Positions 25,916 to 32,000 of a stretch of DNA of 32,000 bases are shown piece after piece; the stretch's first letter is position 1; the number at the start of each line of letters is the position of its first letter. A program made the translations under genes and the position numbers. Origin of the DNA: an uncultured Chloroflexia bacterium (GTDB lineage Bacteria > Chloroflexota > Ktedonobacteria > Ktedonobacterales > JADMIN01). The notes under the pieces were generated by a model, which saw only the letters and a list, made by a program, of their open reading frames with translations, was not told the origin of the DNA and made no database searches. The DNA is taken from the NCBI GenBank assembly GCA_963718915.1, contig CAVRAI010000001.1:60001-92000 (forward strand). The letters run 5' to 3'.

Positions 25916-26187
25916 ATCCTCCTGGATGTTGGTTGTTGATCGCGCCATACTGGTATGTGTTGAATCGCATATTGGCGCCTGCCCATAGAATGCCTCATTC
26001 TTTTGGTTGGCGCGTCCATCGGAAGGTGGATTACGGGGTGGATTGGAGGAGATTTGGATGCCTGGACCTGGCAGCGCTGGCGGTTGAAACCGCGCATGAA
26101 CGGCCTCGCTTGCGCTCCGCCACAAAACCCGCCGTCGCGGGTTGCAGAAAGCAGTCGCGAACACCTGGACGCGCAGCAGGGCAAGTA

Positions 26188-26280
26188 GGCCGTAGCGTAT
26201 ACGCTACGGCGAATGGGCGGACGCGCGGGTGGAGCGGGGAAAGCGGTGAAATTCGCCGGAGCTTGAAGGCTGCGGCTCGC
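26188..26280 (-). repeat. two-hairpin palindromic element, same family as the core of 23779..23845
   Basis: 22-bp perfect palindrome gccgtagcgtatacgctacggc followed by cgaatggg, and a second module gaaattcgccggagcttgaaggctgcggctcgc that matches the reverse complement of 23779..23811. Confidence 0.55.
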
Positions 26281-26310
26281 ACGCTCCACACACTGCTCAG
26301 GGAAATCTCT

Positions 26311-26340
26311 CAACGCTCATCAATGCTCATCAACGGTCAG
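26311..26340. repeat. 10-nt tandem repeat caacgctcat x3 (diverged)
   Basis: caacgctcat caatgctcat caacggtcag, ending 6 nt from the stop at 26346. Confidence 0.7.
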
Positions 26341-26345
26341 CCTGT

Positions 26346-27101
26346 TCACGCCTTGATGCTGAGCCTGCCGACAGCCTCCAGCGTTAGTGTCGCGGGGTTG
26401 GGACCATCGCGCTTGATATGCGCCCTGTTCCCTTTAATGCGCACGTCGTAGCCGGGCATCTCAGCAGTGATAGGCGGCTGGGTCGTCTTGCCGCGCAGAT
26501 CCAGCCCGCTGGGCGCATGGAGGCCGACGACCTCGATATTGCCGGGACTCGTGGTCACCACGTGCGATCTGCCCGGCGCCAGCACCACCTGCTCCAGCCG
26601 CACACTGCCCGGGGTCGCGGTAATCTTCAACTCGCCGCCGCTATTGACCACTCGCACGTCGCCAGGCGTCGCCACGATGTCGAACTTGCTCGTGACCCCG
26701 TGAACCACGACGCGCCCATGCACCGCCCGCAGCTTCACCTCGGCTGGATTGCTCGCGCGCACCTCGATGCCGCCATGGACGACATTCGCCGAGAGCGAGC
26801 GCACATCGCCACGCACGCGGATATCGGCGCTGACATTGGCCAGCTTCAGCGCCAGGTGGTCGGGGAGCCAGAGACGGAAGCTCACGCCATTGCCCATATA
26901 GAAGAAGCCGCGTTTCTTGCCGACGAGATAGAGCAGCGAGCCGACACGCTCGACCGACCAGGTGGCGTTGCCATAGACCGTGGCCTCCACGCGCGGGCTA
27001 TCGGCGCCCGTGACGACGCTCAACTCGCCGCCGAAGGTGGCGACCTCGACGGCGGTGATACCCGTCAGATCGAGCGCGCTGCGGTCGGTGCTGGTGGTCA
27101 T
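26346..27101 (-). CDS. DUF4097-like beta-helical repeat protein (YvlB/LiaG-type 'putative adhesin' fold)
   Basis: Reiterated G.I.V....G.V.V / GDVRV..SGGEL.I.ATPGSVR-type strands with no TM segment. The ATG overlaps the stop of the upstream LuxR reading frame (ATGA). Family call is from the repeat pattern only. Confidence 0.5.
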   Translation of the reverse strand: MTTSTDRSALDLTGITAVEVATFGGELSVVTGADSPRVEATVYGNATWSVERVGSLLYLVGKKRGFFYMGNGVSFRLWLPDHLALKLANVSADIRVRGDVRSLSANVVHGGIEVRASNPAEVKLRAVHGRVVVHGVTSKFDIVATPGDVRVVNSGGELKITATPGSVRLEQVVLAPGRSHVVTTSPGNIEVVGLHAPSGLDLRGKTTQPPITAEMPGYDVRIKGNRAHIKRDGPNPATLTLEAVGRLSIKA

Positions 27102-30100
27102 GGCAACCTCCCCTGGCGAGCCATCATACGCCCATCGTCATCGAGCAGCCCCAGAGCGCGGGCGCGTGTCACCGCGCGCAGGCGGTCCGGCGTCTGCAGC
27201 TTGGCATAGAGGTGGTGAACATGCGTTTTGACGGTGCTGAGCGCAACCACCAGGTGGTCGGCAATATCCTGATTGGAGTAGCCCTCGGCAAGCAGCCCAA
27301 GCACCTCCATCTCGCGCGCGCTCAGTGGCTCAGGCAGATCGGGATGTGTTTGCGCCTGACGGCTGTAGGGATGGGGATCGCGGGATATGTCTCATACGTC
27401 TCCGCGCCAGCCAGAACCAGCAGCTTCGTGCAGTAGCCCGCCACATCCACTCGGATCGAGCGCTGTTCGCGCAGTTGCTTGAGCAATGGGATGATCGACT
27501 CGCCCAGGTCGAGGAATAAGCGTATGTGGCCCTCTGGCATTCCCTGGGCTATTGCCTGCCCCAGTGCGTTGAGCGCATGGGCAGTCTCCCCCAACGCCTG
27601 ATACGCAATCGCCTGAAGCGCGCGAATCTCGATCTCATAGGCCATCTCGCCGCTGGCCACGACCTGTTGGCAGCAGCGCATCAAGCAGCGACTGCGCCTC
27701 GGCGATACGGCCCAGCGCCAGCAAGACGCGCGCGCTGGTTAACTCCTCCAGCGGACGAGTCGTCACGTTCTGGCTATATTCGCGACGGATGGTTGTCATC
27801 CAGCGCTCGGCGTCGGCGAGATCGCCCTGCATGAGCGCGAGTCGCGCTGAGGTAGCGGCAATCAGCGGTGGCATCCACGGGAACGACTGACCCTCCTGCT
27901 CGACCGCGCGCAGCTGTCCATCGGCGCGCTGGAGCGATGCGCGCGCCTCCTCCGGCTTGCCCTGCGCCTGATAGACGAAGGTGAGCCAGAGGCGACTATT
28001 CACCTGATCGTCAGTGTCATTCCACTGCTCGCCCAGCGCCAGCGCCTTGAGGAAGGCCTCTTCCGCTCCGACAAGATCGTTCCACTCATAGAGTTGCCAT
28101 CCCAGATTGCTCCAGGCGCTCCCAGCCATCGAGCGCGCCGCCTCGCCCCGGGATTCAGCCAGCGCGATGATCTGGCGCGAGAGGTTTGCCGAGAGGTGCA
28201 ACTGGCCGCGCGCGTTGGCGAGCAGTGTGCGCATATCGGTTGCGAGCGCCGCCATGAACGGGCTACCCGCCGCGGTGCTGAGCCTGGCAGCCTCAGAGTA
28301 GGCGTCATCCGCCGCGGCAAGATCGCCCTTGTGACGCCAGGCATGCCCCAGCGTGACGGCTACGCCACAGCGGCGCAGCAGGTCGTCATCCGTCAGGCAT
28401 TCGTGCGCTGTTTGGGCGTAGACGAAGGTCGCGTCGGCGTCGCCATGCATCGAGGCGAGTACCGCACGGTCGGCGGCGATTCGTCCGATGAGCAGACGAT
28501 GGCGCCGTCGTTCGTCGTCGCTGGCGGTCGGCATCTGGGCCACGGCGTGCTCGGCGGTCGGTGATGTGGCGGTCGGAGGCGGCAAGTTCCCCACGCGCGA
28601 AGGACGCCTCAGCGAGCGAGAGGCAGAGCGCGGGCCGCTCAGCCAGAATCTCTTCGGGTACCTGCTGAAACAGCCCAATCAGCGCGTCCACATCGCCGCG
28701 CCGCATCAGGTCATCGGAGATACGCTCGAGCAGGTCCGCGGCGGCGGCATAATCAGGAATGGCGAAGAGATGATGGGCGGCCTCAGTCACCTGTCCATCG
28801 CCTTCCAGCCAGCGCGCCGCCCGTCGATGCAACTCAGGCGCAAGGTCTGGAGACTCCTCGCCCAGATGGTGGCGCAAGAGGTCGGCAAAGAGATGGTAGT
28901 AGCGATACCAGCGCCCTTCATCGTCGAGCGCGACGACGAACAGATTGGCCCGCGCGAGCCGCTCGAGCATGGCCCGGCCATCGTTCGCGCCCGGTCAGTG
29001 CGTCGCAGAGAGGCGCGCACATGCGGTCGAGCAACGATGTGTGCAGCAGGAAGGCGCGCACGTCGGCGGGCTGGGCCGCGAGCGCCTCATCGCCCAGATA
29101 CTGCATGACATGGCGGTGGCTGCCGCTAAAGCTGGCGACGAATGCCGTGGGGTCGGGATGCTGCTGGAGCGAGAGTCCGGCAAGCTGGAGTCCGGCGATC
29201 CAGCCGTCGGTGCGCTCGGCCAGCGCGAGCGCATCCTCGAAGGGCAGCCGCACATTCATCACCTCAGCCAGAAACTCGGCGGCCTCATCCAGCCGGAAGC
29301 GCAGATCGTCGGCGGTGATTTCATTGACCTGATCGCTCGCGCGCAGACGCGCCAGCGGCAGCGGTGGCTCACGGCGCGAGGCCAGGTAGAGGTGAAATCG
29401 CTCGGTAGGATGTTCGAGCAGACTGGCGAGTGTCTCGTGAATGATTGGCGCGGTCATGCGATGGTAGTCGTCCAGCACCAGGACGATATCACGTGGCGAC
29501 GCGACCAGCGCATTCATCAGCGCGCGCAGCACGATGGGCAGCGGCGGGGCCTGCATCGAGCGGAGCATTGCCAGTGCGTCGCCGGTGACGCCGGGCGCTG
29601 CCTGTTCGAGAGCGGAGAGCACGTAGGCCCAGAACTGGCCTGGCTCGTTGTCGCTGTCGTCGAGCGAGACCCAGGCCACGGGCGTCTCCACCTGTCGCAC
29701 CCACGCGGCCAGCGAGGTCGTCTTGCCGAAGCCCGGCGGCGCGGTCAGCAAGGTCAGCGGACGCTCCAGCCCGCGCTGCAGTCTGGCGCCGACGTGCGTG
29801 CGGCTCACGATGCGAGCGGGGGTGCGCGGCATCAGCATGCGCGTCGCCAGCAGCGGCGCATCGCTGGCCGCCGAACGGTTCACGCTCGATGGGCGTGACC
29901 CACGGTGGCGCGGGCGAACGCTTGCGCTGTTTGTTACATAACGCGCGGTGGATGGAGCGGCCTCTAATCGCGCGAGGGTCAGATCGCGTCGCGCCCCAGG
30001 TAGCGCTTGGTCATGCGCCCGTCGCGGCGATGGTAGGCGTACCAGTACGCGCCGCCGCGCTGCACCTTCTCTTTGCGCAGCGTATCGATGTCGCCGGACG

Positions 30101-30257
30101 CGCGCTGGAACGAGAACGAGGAAACGTCCGCCAGCCAGGCGAACCAGCCAGGCGTATCCGGCGCGACGGATGGGCGGAGCGGCGCGTTCTGCTGCCATAG
30201 CTCATAGGCGCCGCGTTCCGGCGACCAGCGGAGCAGGTTATTCGCGCGACGCGGCAT
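27098..30257 (-). pseudogene. MalT/LAL-type large ATP-binding LuxR-family regulator, disrupted by at least 5 frameshifts
   Basis: Collinear pieces in 6 frames: an N-terminal YWYAYHRRDG..KRYLG domain, Walker A PPGFGKTT, LVLDDYH, then ..LCDALTG / AMLERLARANLFVV..WYRYYHLFADLL, a TPR-like body, and the C-terminal LPEPLSAREMEVLGLLAEGYSNQDIA....STVKTHV HTH. Breaks near 29980-29990, 28985-28995, 28557-28580, 27660-27672 and 27330-27400. Confidence 0.75.
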
Positions 30258-30312
30258 CGGCTGCTCCTCCTGTCGATTGCTGTTATGCTACCTAACACGC
30301 CTTTTGTTCAAT

Positions 30313-30341
30313 AATATAAACGATGATATTCATTTTTTCAA
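30313..30341 (-). promoter_or_regulatory. near-consensus promoter TTGAAA-17-TATATT upstream of the LuxR pseudogene
   Basis: Read on the minus strand with an exact 17-nt spacer. About 50 nt upstream of the AGGAGGAG SD and the ATG at 30257. Lies in a locally AT-rich stretch. Confidence 0.4.
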
Positions 30342-30441
30342 GTACGGCTCCATGCCGTCCAGCCTGGTAACTTTGGCCCGGAGATAGAGGCGCTGGCGGC
30401 GCAGGAGTATACTAAGCCTACTCATCATGTATAGCCAACTA

Positions 30442-30470
30442 TTGGCATATTACCGGATAGATGCTATTCT
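30442..30470 (+). promoter_or_regulatory. candidate promoter TTGGCA-17-TATTCT upstream of tnpB
   Basis: Exact 17-nt spacer, about 160 nt upstream of the ATG at 30634. Sequence match only. Confidence 0.3.
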
Positions 30471-30633
30471 CTTGGTATGAAATTAAGTTCGTATGTTCGT
30501 TAGAACGAGATTACTTCCCAGGGCCGCACGGTCCTGGGAGCGGGAAGGCCGACAGCCCGGACACCAGCAGCCACCGGGACAAGTACCGTGATTCCTGACC
30601 AGTCAGATCAGGTAGGCCAAGTAGAGAGCGAGG

Positions 30634-31945
30634 ATGCGGATGCAGCTGGTCGAGCAACACCGAATTGATCGGCACGACCCGCGCTTTACGGCCATCGACG
30701 CCGCCACCTTCGCCAGTAAGAACCTCTACAACGCCGCGCTATACGCCACGCGGCAAGCCTACATCCACCAGAGCCAGCTGGTCGTGGCGTACCCCGCCCT
30801 CGACAAACTGCTGCAAGGAACTGAGGAATACCGCTCCTTGCCAGCCAAAGTCGCGCAATGGGTACTCAAGCAGGTCTGCGCCGCCTGGGACAGTTATTTC
30901 GCCGCCGTGGCCGCGTGGCAACGCAACCCAAGCAAGTTCCTCGGCCATCCCAAATTGCCGAAATACCTGAACAAACAGGGGCGCAACCTGCTGGTCTACA
31001 CTGCGCAAGCCATCAGCCGTGACCTCAAAAACGCTGGCTGGGTCGTCCCATCCGGCCTCGACATACGGGTAGCCACCAAGCTCCAACGAGGAGATCGATC
31101 AGGTCCGCCTCGTTCCGCACGCCACCCACTACACGATGGAGGTTATTTATGAACGAGAACTCCTGCCGCTGTGGACCCTGCCTGGTCGCGGGCATTGATC
31201 TGGGGGTCAACAATCTGGCGGTGATAACAGCAAATCAGCCGGGCTTTACGCCCCTTCTGGTCAACGGTCGTCCGCTCAAAGCGTTGAACCAATGGTATAA
31301 CAAGGTCCCGCAGGCGCGGCTCACTATAAGCCCTGCTCCCCGAAGGGCAGCACACCTCGCGCCCCCTCGATGTGCTGGCGGACGCCCGTAACCGCGCCAT
31401 CGCTTCTTATCTCCATACGGCCAGCCGCCCCATTATCAATCGTCTGGTGCAGAAGTATCGGGACGCTAGTGATTGGTAAGAACGTCGGATGGAAACAAGC
31501 GGTGAACATGGGGAAGAGGAACAATCAAGCGTTTGTCTTCCTGCCACATGCGCGCTTCACGGAATTGCTGATCTACAAAGCGGAACTGGTGGGTATCCAG
31601 GTGGTGCTGGCCGAGGAGAGTTACACCAGCAAGGCCAGTTTCCTCGATGGCGACCCGCTACCGGTCTATGGCGCAGTGGACAGCCCACCCAGCACGAACA
31701 CGCCAACTCCGATATTTAGCGGGAAGCGGGTCAAGCGTGGCATGTATCGCGCGGCGGATGGACGCCATATCAACGCGGATGTGAATGGCTCCTACAACAT
31801 CTTGCGCAAGGCGTTTCCCAATTCCTTCGCTCAGGCCGTCGCGCAGAATATGGCTCAGGTGAAGATCCATCCCATCCACCTTCTATTGCCTGATCGACGT
31901 CAAGATCGGCGCAAGCAGTCCCGAACGCTGTGCGCAACGGGATAG
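30634..31945 (+). pseudogene. tnpB: IS200/IS605-family TnpB (OrfB, RNA-guided nuclease type), disrupted by about 4 frameshifts; no tnpA
   Basis: Collinear TnpB segments in alternating frames: FASKNLYNAALY...LPAKVAQWVLKQV...PKLPKYLNKQGR; EEIDQVRLVPHATHYTMEVIYE; GIDLGVNNLAVITANQPGFTPLLVNGRPLKALNQWYNK; QHTSRPLDVLADARNRAIASYLHTASRPII; GTLVIGKNVGWKQAVNMGKRNNQAFVFLPHARF...EESYTSK...INADVNGSYNILRK. Breaks near 31085, 31175, 31330 and 31458. Confidence 0.8.
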
Positions 31946-32000
31946 TGGCTGTTGTGGTCAGCCTGCTGAAAAAGCGAAGCCAGGGAATACGCGGTTATTC

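Noticed and set aside
25916-26164. N-terminal ~83 codons of the 428-aa ABC ATPase track ORF
   Set aside because: There is no ABC homology before the beta-strand preceding Walker A. An AGGAGGA SD sits at 25917-25923 just before the internal start. The extension is low-complexity Pro/Arg sequence.
27098-31945. Programmed ribosomal frameshifting or transcriptional slippage as the explanation for the split LuxR and TnpB genes
   Set aside because: The nine breaks have mixed direction in the LuxR gene. I saw no common slippery heptamer or downstream structure at them. Neither gene family is known to need multiple frameshifts, so decay or local sequence error is simpler.

Overview
GC-rich bacterial chromosomal window. 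Gene content suggests a Chloroflexota- or Actinomycetota-like organism, but that is a guess. I support about 25 intact protein genes. Housekeeping and metabolic calls: glgA plus a divergent GalT/HIT-like gene, ppk1 next to a ROK sugar kinase, a DrrAB-like ABC exporter, and a minus-strand block encoding an M20 amidohydrolase, split SAF/UxaA dehydratase, SDR and LLM oxidoreductase. Other calls: an SRAP peptidase, a CAP-domain lipoprotein, an NTF2-like protein, a Uma2 endonuclease, a BON/PRC-like protein, an APH-family kinase and a J-like/TPR membrane protein. Mobile or decayed DNA: one intact ISAs1-family IS with 18-bp inverted repeats and a 10-bp target duplication, a TnpB gene broken by about 4 frameshifts, and a ~3.2-kb MalT/LAL-type LuxR regulator broken by at least 5 frameshifts. 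No tRNA, rRNA or CRISPR was seen. Main second-look items: (1) a ~7.9-kb all-minus-strand block bracketed by diverged direct copies of the last ~150 nt of the GalT-like gene; (2) two families of structured 3'-end palindromic elements, one of them nested; (3) many 8-12-nt tandem repeats at gene boundaries, including an 11-bp x 9-10 array; (4) a small-protein operon (48, 61 and 30 aa; two are Cys-rich) upstream of an HPD-less J-like protein; (5) an HTH-membrane-SH3b protein whose CHAP/NlpC-like domain seems to lack its catalytic Cys and His. All homology calls come from motif recognition by eye, with no database search.
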